The position numbers and the translations under genes were made by a program. From Candidatus Bipolaricaulia bacterium (GTDB taxonomy: Bacteria; Bipolaricaulota; Bipolaricaulia; JBHIAT01), in assembly GCA_046758705.1 (NCBI GenBank), contig JBHIAT010000035.1:1-25618 (forward strand): 25,618 nt of DNA, in the 5' to 3' direction. How positions within the stretch are numbered: the first letter of the stretch is position 1; each line of letters starts with the position of its first letter. The notes under the pieces were generated by a model that saw nothing but the letters and a program-made list of their open reading frames with translations, searched no databases and was not told where the DNA came from. Shown one piece after another: positions 1 to 7,995 of the stretch.

Positions 1-3
1 ATA

Positions 4-32
4 ATCATAACCAAATAGAGGAGTCCGGTCAA
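4..32 (-). promoter_or_regulatory. sigma70-like promoter firing leftwards out of the window
   Basis: Minus strand reads TTGACC (32-27), 17 nt, TATGAT (9-4). Confidence 0.5.
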
Positions 33-45
33 AGCCCGACCCCAT

Positions 46-106
46 GCCATTCATCTCCCACCAAACCTTCGGTTTGGAAGGGGACTTCCGGCCACGAAAT
101 GTTAAA
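46..106 (-). mobile_element. Putative IS200/IS605-family terminal hairpin (element or MITE extending left of the window)
   Basis: Perfect CCAAACC-ttc-GGTTTGG stem (61-77) inside an imperfect TCCC/GGGA and GCC/GGC extended stem. The layout 'attcatctcccac...ggggacttc' resembles IS605-group subterminal hairpins as I recall them. TTTAAC on the minus strand (106-101) matches the IS605 target TTTAA. No transposase lies in the window. Confidence 0.45.
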
Positions 107-109
107 ATC

Positions 110-139
110 ATTGTACCGATCAGATCTACATCCTGTCAA
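110..139 (-). promoter_or_regulatory. Strong sigma70-like promoter, leftward
   Basis: Minus strand reads TTGACA (139-134), 18 nt, TACAAT (115-110). Confidence 0.6.
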
Positions 140-167
140 GGATGCTATCTTGATCCTGCGAAGGATG
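129..167. repeat. Two tandem palindromes ATCCT-N4-AGGAT, candidate operators
   Basis: CATCCTgtcaAGGATG (129-144) and gATCCTgcgaAGGATg (152-167) are offset by 23 bp. The first overlaps the -35 box above. Confidence 0.45.
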
Positions 168-195
168 AGTGGTAGAGATAGAGATCAACCGAGAT

Positions 196-2862
196 TTAGA
201 ACGGCGCCTGTCCGTCGCCGCCGTAATCGTAGAAGCTTGCGTAATCTCGATGAAAGATGAGCTTGAACACCCCGGTCGGCCCGTTGCGTTGCTTTTGGAT
301 CAAGATCTCAGCAACGCTCGTCGGTCCGCGCCGCTCGCTCGCTTCCGCGTCCTCATAGTAGTCCTCGCGGTAGATGAACGCGACCACATCTGAATCCTGC
401 TCAATCGCGCCTGAGTTGTGACTGACAATCCCATCGGCGAGCCACGAGGCCGGACCTGGCACGGTAAGATCGTAGACCTTTTCCTCACCCACTGGCTCGA
501 TCGCGACCACTCGGTCCCAGAAGAGGTCGCTGTTTGCCTGCCCCTTGAGCTCATCATTATCGAGCAGGTCAGCATAGCTGAGCAGCGTTTGCCGTGAGGG
601 CGCGAAGCTAAAATGAGAGGAGCCACCGTACGAAGTGCCTCGTAGAGCAGCCATCTGTCGGTGTGAGATCCCCGCCTCAGCCATGAGTACTCGAACACGA
701 TCGAAATATTCGATAGGAAGCGTATCCACATTTGTATTTGGCATAGTACCTTCCAGCACTTCGGAGAGCTGCTCTGCTTGAACCCTCCTCGGTCCGAACG
801 CTCCGACACGCTCTAAGAATCTCAACTGCGCTTCAGCTCCCATCACTTGAACCATATAGGTGGGACGATAGACGCCTTTCTGGACTTTTTGGATGCGTGC
901 AACGATACCCAGGCGCAAGAGTAGCGCAGTGACATCAGTCGCGAGACCGGAACTGTTGGTGCTGTAGTAGACCGTGTGACTGCCTCGCTGTCCATCCTGT
1001 CGCGCATGAATCGTTCCATCGGTCGCCCAAAGGTGACGGAGTAACAATCCGATCTGCTCATCTCGTAAACGAAACACTACTTCAGGAATGCGCTTCTCGT
1101 GTGAGCGTTGGCCAAAGATGCCGAGTTCTCTTAGCCATTTGTTGATACCTGCCGGATACCAGCGATTCCCGTTGCCGCTGATCAACAGTTGGTGCCAGTT
1201 TCCGCGACCGGGGTAGCGCTTCACCGTTGCACCGAACTCCTCCCTTGCAGTTTCCGTGACAATCTTGCTATTTTCTTCAGAACTCGTGGTATACCTCATC
1301 GGCTGACCCGACAGATAGCTGCCATCACCGATAAGCTGCCCCAGTAGTGCGACTCGTCTGTCAGGCCAGGATTCGGTGTTCGCTGGCTCCGGAAGATACC
1401 GAGCAATCGCTAATCGATCGCCAACATTGAGTTCAGAGACCCGGACCCATCCTGCCGCCCCCAGCAAACGATGCTTGCCAGTGGTCCGAATACGCCGCCC
1501 ACTCGCCAGCTGAACTGAAAAAACCTGTCTTTGGCCGACGTACCAAACCTTGTCGCTCACGGCCTGAGTGAGACACCCACCTGGTGTCACCGCAATCACA
1601 TCCGGCTGCTTCCTGACGAGGTTCTGGATCGGCACACGACGCCCGTCAGCGAGGACAACCAGCGTATCACCGGTTACGCATTCGCGAAGATCTGAGAGCC
1701 GGGGCTTTCGGGACTGGCGATGCTCTACCGCCCGGCTCAACTGGGACATGGCGATGACCGGGATCCGGAGCTCCCGGGCCAGCCCCTTGAGGGACCGGGT
1801 GATGTGGGCGATCTGCTGCTCTCGGTTGTCGACGTTGAGGGCCCCCTCGATGAGCTGGATGTAGTCAACGATCAACAGATCCAGACCGTGCTTCGCTCGC
1901 ATCCGTCGTGCTCGTGCTTTAATCTCCATGATTGAGATCGTCGGGGTGTCGTCGAGGATAATCGAGGCATTCTGCAATTTGCCCGCGGCATCGGCGATCC
2001 GGCGCCAGTGCTCCGTCGGCACGTACCCACCCCGCATCCGGTGGAGACTGATCTTCGCCTCGCCACACAGCAGCCGCTCCAGGACCTGCTCCTTGGTCAT
2101 CTCCAGGTTGAAGATCCCCACCGACGTCCCCTCGCGGATAGCGGCGTTGCGGGCTACAGACAGACCGAGCGACGACTTGCCCATACTCGGGCGTCCGGCG
2201 ATCACGATCAGGTCCGAGGGCTGGAACCCGGAGGTCATCTCGTCGAACCGTTTGAACCCGGTCGATAGACCGGTGATTGTGTGCTTGTCGGGATCGCGGT
2301 GAAGTTCCTCGAGGTTGGTGATGTGCTCGTGGAGAAAGTCCCGGATCAGATAGAAATTCTCGCCGTAGCCTCCCCCGGAGATCTCGAAGATCACCCGTTC
2401 GGCGTGGTCGAGGATATCAGGGAGATCCTTCTCCTCCTCGAACCCGAGCTCGGCGATCTCTCGGCCGCTCCTGACCAGTGCCCTCAAGATCGCCTTCTTG
2501 CGCACAATCTCGGCGTAGTACTCGACGTTGGCCGTGGTGGTGACCCCGTCCATCAACCGGCTCAAGTAGACGGACCCGCCAACTTCGGCGAGCCAGTCCT
2601 TCTCCTCCAGCCGGTTGGCCACGATCACATAATCGGCGGGCTCCCCCCGATCGAATAGCTCGAGGATCGTCCGGTAGATCTTCTGGTGGGCTTCCCAATA
2701 GAAGTGCTCCGGGCTCAGCCGCTCGAGGAGCAACGGGACGACCTCTTGATCGTCGAGCATCGCCGCTCCAAGGATGACCTCCTCCGCCTCCCGGTTCTTG
2801 GGGAGGGCTCTGGCCACCTGTCGCTGGGCTTTCCCTGGGCTCGCTTTCGCCACGCACTTCAC
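196..2862 (-). CDS. dnaB: Replicative DNA helicase DnaB, intein-containing (start may be GTG 2853 or 2817)
   Basis: N-terminal 'EAEEVILGA', Walker A 'AGRPSMGKS', 'LEM', 'LLIVDYIQL', 'SQLSR', 'LSDLRE|SGAIEQDSDVV', 'KQRNGPTG'. Confidence 0.98.
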   Translation of the reverse strand: MKCVAKASPGKAQRQVARALPKNREAEEVILGAAMLDDQEVVPLLLERLSPEHFYWEAHQKIYRTILELFDRGEPADYVIVANRLEEKDWLAEVGGSVYLSRLMDGVTTTANVEYYAEIVRKKAILRALVRSGREIAELGFEEEKDLPDILDHAERVIFEISGGGYGENFYLIRDFLHEHITNLEELHRDPDKHTITGLSTGFKRFDEMTSGFQPSDLIVIAGRPSMGKSSLGLSVARNAAIREGTSVGIFNLEMTKEQVLERLLCGEAKISLHRMRGGYVPTEHWRRIADAAGKLQNASIILDDTPTISIMEIKARARRMRAKHGLDLLIVDYIQLIEGALNVDNREQQIAHITRSLKGLARELRIPVIAMSQLSRAVEHRQSRKPRLSDLRECVTGDTLVVLADGRRVPIQNLVRKQPDVIAVTPGGCLTQAVSDKVWYVGQRQVFSVQLASGRRIRTTGKHRLLGAAGWVRVSELNVGDRLAIARYLPEPANTESWPDRRVALLGQLIGDGSYLSGQPMRYTTSSEENSKIVTETAREEFGATVKRYPGRGNWHQLLISGNGNRWYPAGINKWLRELGIFGQRSHEKRIPEVVFRLRDEQIGLLLRHLWATDGTIHARQDGQRGSHTVYYSTNSSGLATDVTALLLRLGIVARIQKVQKGVYRPTYMVQVMGAEAQLRFLERVGAFGPRRVQAEQLSEVLEGTMPNTNVDTLPIEYFDRVRVLMAEAGISHRQMAALRGTSYGGSSHFSFAPSRQTLLSYADLLDNDELKGQANSDLFWDRVVAIEPVGEEKVYDLTVPGPASWLADGIVSHNSGAIEQDSDVVAFIYREDYYEDAEASERRGPTSVAEILIQKQRNGPTGVFKLIFHRDYASFYDYGGDGQAPF
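415..1680 (-). mobile_element. Class-1 intein with LAGLIDADG homing endonuclease, 422 aa
   Basis: Starts CVTGDT (1680), ends VYDLTV...IVSHN (415), followed by +1 Ser. Block B is 'TTGKHRLL'. LAGLIDADG-like motifs are 'LLGQLIGDGS' and 'LRHLWATDGT'. Removing it restores SDLRESGAIEQD. Confidence 0.96.
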
Positions 2863-2870
2863 CCCGATCG

Positions 2871-2900
2871 ATTATACCATAACCCGCCCGGTAGTTCCAA
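2871..2900 (-). promoter_or_regulatory. dnaB promoter (extended -10)
   Basis: Minus strand reads TTGGAA (2900-2895), 18 nt ending TGG, TATAAT (2876-2871). Confidence 0.6.
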
Positions 2901-2949
2901 AATGAGTGTCGCACCCGAATCTCGTACCTGTTCTGCTACGGAGAGCCAT

Positions 2950-2978
2950 TTGAACGGCTTTGTGACTTCTGCTATACT
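2950..2978 (+). promoter_or_regulatory. rpsB operon promoter (extended -10)
   Basis: TTGAAC (2950-2955), 17 nt ending TGC, TATACT (2973-2978). SD GGAGGT precedes GTG 3055. Confidence 0.65.
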
Positions 2979-3054
2979 TTGACAGCAGCAGGCCTGAGCA
3001 GGTATCTGGCAAGCAGTCCACAAGAAAGCAAGAAAGAAGGAGGGAGGTAAGAAT

Positions 3055-3945
3055 GTGGAGATTCTGACGATGAAGGAGCTCCTGGAGACGGGGGTGCACT
3101 TCGGCCATCGGACGAGGAAATGGAACCCTAAGATGAAGCCTTACATCTTCACAGAGCGCAAGGGCATTCATATCATCAACCTGGAGCGAACTTTGGAGCT
3201 GTTTGAGGAGGCATACTTCTTCGTCCGAGACAACACCAAGCAGGGCCACGAGATCCTGTTCGTCGGGACGAAACGACAGGTTCAGGATACGATCGAATAC
3301 GAGGCGAAGCGTTGCGGGGCCCATTACGTCAACAAGCGCTGGCTGGGCGGGATGTTGACCAACTTTCAGACGATCAAGCATCGGATCGATCGGATGAAAG
3401 AGCTGGAGGAGATGTCAGAGAACGGGGCGCTCGAGTTTCTCCCCAACAAGGAAGTGGTAAAGCTGCGTCGGCAGCTCGGTAAACTGCAACGAAATTTGAA
3501 CGGTCTGCGATACATGGACGGTGTTCCCGATATCCTCTATGTGATCGATCCTCAGATCGAGAAGATTTCCGTTCACGAGGCGAACCTGCTCGAAATCCCG
3601 GTGGTAGCCATCGTGGATACCAACTGCAATCCCGATCCGATCGACTATCCGATCCCAGCGAACGACGACGCGATCAAGGCGACCAAGTTGCTCACCTCCC
3701 GGCTCGCCGATGCCGTGCTCGAAGGCAAGGAGGGCGCGGAGCATCTGGTCATCGCCCCTGATGAGGATCTGGAGGCGGCCGTTGAAGCCGAAGCTGAGGT
3801 TGAGGTCGAGGCCGAAGTTGAGGTCGAGGTCGAGACCGAACCCGAACCTGAACCGGCTCCAGAGATCGAGGAGGAACCGGAGCCCGTGGCCGCCGAAGTG
3901 AACCCAGAGGCAGGCGAATCCGACAAAGAGAAGGAGGCAGGGTAG
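3055..3945 (+). CDS. rpsB: 30S ribosomal protein S2 with acidic C-terminal extension
   Basis: '[27 protein letters not shown]', '[10 protein letters not shown]', 'IVDTNCNPD', '[10 protein letters not shown]'. Confidence 0.99.
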   Translation: MEILTMKELLETGVHFGHRTRKWNPKMKPYIFTERKGIHIINLERTLELFEEAYFFVRDNTKQGHEILFVGTKRQVQDTIEYEAKRCGAHYVNKRWLGGMLTNFQTIKHRIDRMKELEEMSENGALEFLPNKEVVKLRRQLGKLQRNLNGLRYMDGVPDILYVIDPQIEKISVHEANLLEIPVVAIVDTNCNPDPIDYPIPANDDAIKATKLLTSRLADAVLEGKEGAEHLVIAPDEDLEAAVEAEAEVEVEAEVEVEVETEPEPEPAPEIEEEPEPVAAEVNPEAGESDKEKEAG

Positions 3946-3948
3946 ACC

Positions 3949-4581
3949 GTGACAGAGCAGGGGAAACAGAAAGCGCAACAGACTGGGCAACAGACGAAGA
4001 TACCGATCGAGACGATCAAGCAACTTCGGACCGAGACGGGGATCGGCTACATGGACTGCAAGCGCGCGCTGGAGCAAAGTGACGGGGATATCGAGAAAGC
4101 TAAGGAGTTGCTACGCCGCGAGGGGCAGGAGCTGATTTCAGGACACGCACACGTCTCCGAAGGACGAATCGACTCCTATATTCACCACAACGGAAAGGTG
4201 GGCACTCTGGTCGAGATCGATTGTGAGACCGACTTCGCGGCCAACAGCGATCCGTTCCGCGAGTTTATCAGAAACATCGCTTTGCACATCGCCTCCAGTG
4301 CCCCTCAATACATCTCGCCGGAGGATATCCCTGAGGAGGAGCTCGAGCGGGAACGGAGCATCTATCGAGAGCAGGCCGAGCAGGAGGAAAAGCCCGAACA
4401 TATCATCGATCGGATCGTGGAAGGGAAGTTGAAAAGATATTATGAACAGGTCTGTCTGCTCCGGCAAGCGTACGTCAAGGACCCTGACATCAAGGTCGAG
4501 GAGCTGTTGAGCGAGATCGCCTCCCAACTGGGTGAGAACGTGGTGATCCGGCGGTTCGTCCGGTTCGAGGTCGGTCGATGA
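3949..4581 (+). CDS. tsf: Elongation factor Ts, short (~200 aa) form
   Basis: 'IKQLRTETGIGYMDCKRAL', 'CETDF', 'IVEGKL', 'ENVVIRRFVRFEVG'. Follows rpsB. Confidence 0.97.
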   Translation: MTEQGKQKAQQTGQQTKIPIETIKQLRTETGIGYMDCKRALEQSDGDIEKAKELLRREGQELISGHAHVSEGRIDSYIHHNGKVGTLVEIDCETDFAANSDPFREFIRNIALHIASSAPQYISPEDIPEEELERERSIYREQAEQEEKPEHIIDRIVEGKLKRYYEQVCLLRQAYVKDPDIKVEELLSEIASQLGENVVIRRFVRFEVGR

Positions 4582-5273
4582 GAGCCCTACTCAAGATCAG
4601 CGGCGAGGCGTTCAAAGGAGGGCAATCGTTCGGCATCGAAGGCCAGGCGCTCAATGAGATCAGCGAACAGATTGCAGAGATCGCCTCCGAAGGGATCGAA
4701 GTCGCCGTGGTCGTCGGCGGTGGGAATATCTTTCGCGGGGCAGAGACCCAGGAGATCGACCGGGTCGTCGGCGATTACATAGGCATGTTGGCCACCGTCA
4801 TCAATGGGATGGCGCTTCAGGACGCTCTCGAGCGCCGTGGATTCGAAACCCGACTGCAGTCGGCGATCGAGATGCACGAGATCTGCGAACCGGTGATCCT
4901 CCGCCGGGCCATCCGACATCTTGAGAAGGGCCGGATCGTTATCTTCGCCGCTGGCACCGGCAATCCCTACTTCACCACCGACACCGCCGCCGCACTCCGG
5001 GCCAGTGAGATCGAGGCCGACCTGTTGCTCAAGGCCACGAAGGTCGACGGCGTCTACTCAAGCGACCCCCGCGTCGATAAGGAGGCCAAGCACCTGAAGC
5101 GGATCACCTACCGGGAGTTGATCACCCGCGACCTCAAGATCATGGATCTGTCAGCGGTGGACATGTGCCGGGAGAACAATATCCCGATCGTCGTCTTCGA
5201 CATCTTCACGCACGGGAACCTGAAGCGCGCGGTCGCCGGCGAGGACGTTGGTACATTGGTCGTCCCCTCCTAA
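4578..5273 (+). CDS. pyrH: UMP kinase
   Basis: 'LLKISGEA', 'VVGGGNIFRG', 'DYIGMLATVIN', 'GTGNPYFTTDTAAALRA', 'KATKVDGVY'. Confidence 0.98.
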   Translation: MRALLKISGEAFKGGQSFGIEGQALNEISEQIAEIASEGIEVAVVVGGGNIFRGAETQEIDRVVGDYIGMLATVINGMALQDALERRGFETRLQSAIEMHEICEPVILRRAIRHLEKGRIVIFAAGTGNPYFTTDTAAALRASEIEADLLLKATKVDGVYSSDPRVDKEAKHLKRITYRELITRDLKIMDLSAVDMCRENNIPIVVFDIFTHGNLKRAVAGEDVGTLVVPS

Positions 5274-5288
5274 GCTTAAGAGATCATC

Positions 5289-5540
5289 ATGGCCGTCCAG
5301 GTGAAGGTCAGGTTGTTCAGCACGGTTCGCGAGATCGTCGGAGAACGGGAGTTGTACCTCAGTGTCGGGACGGAGGCGACGGTGGCAGCGGTGTGGCATG
5401 AGTTGGTTGAACAGCATCCCAGCCTGGATCGGCTCTCCGGATCGGTGCGGGCCGCGGTCAATCAGGAGCATACCGACTTTGACCGGGCCCTGCATCCTGA
5501 GGATGAGGTGGCCCTGTTTCCGCCGGTGAGCGGAGGTTAG
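5289..5540 (+). CDS. moaD: MoaD/ThiS ubiquitin-like sulfur carrier
   Basis: 83 aa, 'VRLF..VREIVG', 'AAVNQE', C-terminal 'DEVALFPPVSGG'. Adjacent to moaE. Confidence 0.92.
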   Translation: MAVQVKVRLFSTVREIVGERELYLSVGTEATVAAVWHELVEQHPSLDRLSGSVRAAVNQEHTDFDRALHPEDEVALFPPVSGG

Positions 5541-5541
5541 G

Positions 5542-5964
5542 ATGTTTGGATTAAGCGACCGCGAGCTGACCCTCCACGATGTGGGTCGCCTCCGCGACGC
5601 GGTCACCAGTGAGAAGGCCGGTGCGATCGTCACGTTCACCGGCACAACCCGCGATACCTCCCAGACCGGCAGACCGATCCGCTATCTCGAATACGAAACC
5701 TACGAAGAGATGGCGATCAAGTACATGAAGGAGATCGCCGACGAGATCCGGACACGCTGGCAGGTCTATGACATCGCCATCATCCACCGGGTCGGCCAGG
5801 TGCCGGTCGGCGGCATCGACGTCCTGATCGCCGTCTCGGCCCCCCATCGAGCAGAAGCGTTCGACGCGTGCCGCTACGCCATCGACCAGCTCAAGCAGGT
5901 GGTCACCATTTGGAAGACAGAGGTGGAGATGGAGGTGGAGGTGGAGTCGACCACCTCCGAATGA
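5542..5964 (+). CDS. moaE: Molybdopterin synthase catalytic subunit
   Basis: 'GAIVTFTGTTR', 'LEYETYEEMA', 'IIHRVG', 'VSAPHRAEAFDACRYAIDQLK..IWK'. Confidence 0.93.
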   Translation: MFGLSDRELTLHDVGRLRDAVTSEKAGAIVTFTGTTRDTSQTGRPIRYLEYETYEEMAIKYMKEIADEIRTRWQVYDIAIIHRVGQVPVGGIDVLIAVSAPHRAEAFDACRYAIDQLKQVVTIWKTEVEMEVEVESTTSE

Positions 5965-6824
5965 AGGTCCGCAGAGCTTACGCCGCAGGGCGCTTCTACG
6001 AGGCCGATCGAGCCCGGTTGATCGCCCAGATTGAGAGGTGTTTCCAGAGCTCTCCGGAACCGGGTGAGCCATCACCCAGGGATCGGTCAAACGTGGAGCT
6101 GCCCGTCGGCCTTGTCCTCCCTCACGCCGGTTACCCCTACTCGGGCGGTATCGCCGCACACGGCTATCGACTTCTGGCCGAACGCGACCCTCTGACTACG
6201 GCCATCATCATCGGGACGAACCACACCGGCCGGGGTGGCGCGGTCTCGATCGCGCTCCATGGCACTTGGGAGACACCGATGGGGATCGTCGAGATCGATT
6301 CGGACCTGGCGAACCGCATCCGAGGTGCCGGCTCGTTCGTTCGGGTGAGTGACCGAGCGTTCGAGCGGGAGCACTCCATCGAGGTCCAGCTCCCGTTCCT
6401 CCAGTACCTGTTCGGCACGTTGAGGTTCGTCCCGCTCGTCGTCCTCGATCCGGAACTGGAACGGATGATCACGCTCGGGGAGACGGTGGCCGAGGCACTC
6501 CAGGAAAAGAACGGCAACGCCGTTGTGATCGCTAGCAGTGACTTCAGCCACTTCGTGCCGCATGAGATTGCAAAGCGCGGAGACCACATTGCGATCCAAG
6601 CCATCCTCCGATTCGACCTCGATGGATTCTACCAAGCTGTGGTCGATGAAAAACTTTTGATCTGCGGCCCCGGGGCGATCGCGGCGGTCATGACCGCCGC
6701 CCAGTCGCTCGGACTGCGCAGAGCGGAGTTGCTCCAATACGCGACCTCGGCAGCGACGACCGGAGATTACGAACGGGTCGTCGGCTACGCGAGCATCGCG
6801 TTCCTCAGGGAACCGGCCGAATGA
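5961..6824 (+). CDS. MEMO1-family protein (AmmeMemoRadiSam system protein B)
   Basis: 'RRAYAAGRFY', 'PHAGYPYSG', 'GTNHTG', 'WETPMG', 'EHSIEVQLPFLQ', 'IASSDFSH', 'ICGPGA', 'VVGYASI'. ATG 5961 overlaps the moaE stop (ATGA), so the ORF-track start 5868 is too early. Confidence 0.92.
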   Translation: MKVRRAYAAGRFYEADRARLIAQIERCFQSSPEPGEPSPRDRSNVELPVGLVLPHAGYPYSGGIAAHGYRLLAERDPLTTAIIIGTNHTGRGGAVSIALHGTWETPMGIVEIDSDLANRIRGAGSFVRVSDRAFEREHSIEVQLPFLQYLFGTLRFVPLVVLDPELERMITLGETVAEALQEKNGNAVVIASSDFSHFVPHEIAKRGDHIAIQAILRFDLDGFYQAVVDEKLLICGPGAIAAVMTAAQSLGLRRAELLQYATSAATTGDYERVVGYASIAFLREPAE

Positions 6825-6918
6825 CCTGCAACTCACATTGATAATGTGAACCGGATCTTGGTAGGCTAAAAACAGATCGATCGTGACCCGCCAGCGACTC
6901 GGGTGGAGGTGAGGGAGG

Positions 6919-7863
6919 TTGAAGCATCATAAAGTCGGCTTCACCTGGATATGGACAGCTTTCCTGATCCTGTGCATCGCCACACTTGGGATGCTCTCTA
7001 TCTATCTCATCTCAACCAGCCTGGAACAGGAGTTCGTCAATACCGCAGGGTGGCTTTCGCACGGGTTCGCCGATGAGGTCTCCCTGCACATCCTTGCAGG
7101 CAACGAAAACAAGTTGGACGCTTCGGTGAAACGGATGGTCAGGAACTATGTGCTCTATGCCCAGGTGGTGAAGGGAGGGGAGGTGCTTGCCGAAGATAGA
7201 ACCGGTGATGCGATCAATCTTGACCTTCCGGTTGCATCCCTGCCATCGGCGTTCAAGATGGAGAAGCGCAGGCTGCCAAGCGGAACCCCGTACATCGATA
7301 TGATCCGATCCTTACCGTTGCAGAACCCTGAGGATGGGGGAAAGGCTGAAAATTACGTTCGAATCGGAATCTCACTCTCTAAAGTGCGTGCCGAGGTGAG
7401 GGATGCTGCTTCGATCGTTTTGAGCGTCGGTTTCGCCTTGGTGATCGTGGGGATCCTCCTCAGCTTCTACCTTGCCAGGAGGATCTATGGGCCAGCGCAG
7501 GAGCTCGCGGGATCTGGGAACGCAGCCTTCTCTCCAACGATGAGCATCGTAAATTCGGATGGATCTATCCTGAAGGTAGGCGATCTGGTCATCGACGATG
7601 GGAACAAGGAGGTCCAGATTCGCAGGAAGCGGGTCGCCCTGTCGCCGAAGGAGTATCAGCTCGCCAAGCTGCTGGCCTCTGAGCCCGGTAAGGTATTCTC
7701 GGATCAGGAGATCCTGGACGCGGTCTGGACGGGGAATCACCTCGCCGTATCCAACGATGTCAAGAAATATATATACCTCCTCAGACAGAAGATAGAGGAG
7801 GATCCGGAAGACCCACAGATCATCCTGACGGTCAGGGGTTTCGGCTACAAGCTGTCGACTTAG
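6919..7863 (+). CDS. Membrane protein: TM - extracytoplasmic sensor-like domain - TM - C-terminal OmpR/PhoB winged-helix DNA-binding domain (paralog 1)
   Basis: Two hydrophobic stretches flank about 130 aa. The C-terminus 'VGDLVID...VALSPKEYQLAKLLASEPGKVFS..EILDAVW...YIYLLRQKIEEDPEDPQIILTVRGFGYKL' is a Trans_reg_C signature. No receiver or kinase motifs. TTG start with GGAGGT SD. Confidence 0.85.
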   Translation: MKHHKVGFTWIWTAFLILCIATLGMLSIYLISTSLEQEFVNTAGWLSHGFADEVSLHILAGNENKLDASVKRMVRNYVLYAQVVKGGEVLAEDRTGDAINLDLPVASLPSAFKMEKRRLPSGTPYIDMIRSLPLQNPEDGGKAENYVRIGISLSKVRAEVRDAASIVLSVGFALVIVGILLSFYLARRIYGPAQELAGSGNAAFSPTMSIVNSDGSILKVGDLVIDDGNKEVQIRRKRVALSPKEYQLAKLLASEPGKVFSDQEILDAVWTGNHLAVSNDVKKYIYLLRQKIEEDPEDPQIILTVRGFGYKLST

Positions 7864-7870
7864 CTTGCCG

Positions 7871-7936
7871 TTTCAATTCGCTTTCAACCGGTTTTTCACC
7901 GGTTTTCCATCGATCTTCTATAGTATTTCCATCCAA
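7871..7936 (+). promoter_or_regulatory. Six 11-bp-phased direct repeats with embedded TATAGT -10-like box
   Basis: tttcaattcgc|tttcaaccggt|ttttcaccggt|tttccatcgat|cttctatagta|tttccatccaa. TATAGT is at 7919-7924. There is also a perfect inverted repeat CCATCCAA-N8-TTGGATGG at 7929-7952. Confidence 0.6.
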
Positions 7937-7995
7937 ATATTCTGTTGGATGGTTGAGGATGGTTTAAAGATTATTACCCAACAGGGGGGGTATCG

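Noticed and set aside
7871-7936. CRISPR array or iterons
   Set aside because: The units are 11 bp, degenerate and contiguous without spacers. There are no cas or rep genes.
7975-7992. TACCC-N8-GGGTA as a CsoR/RicR copper operator before the cupredoxin gene
   Set aside because: The spacer is longer than in the CsoR-type boxes I know (N5-N6), the G run is explained as the ribosome-binding site, and no csoR is in the window.
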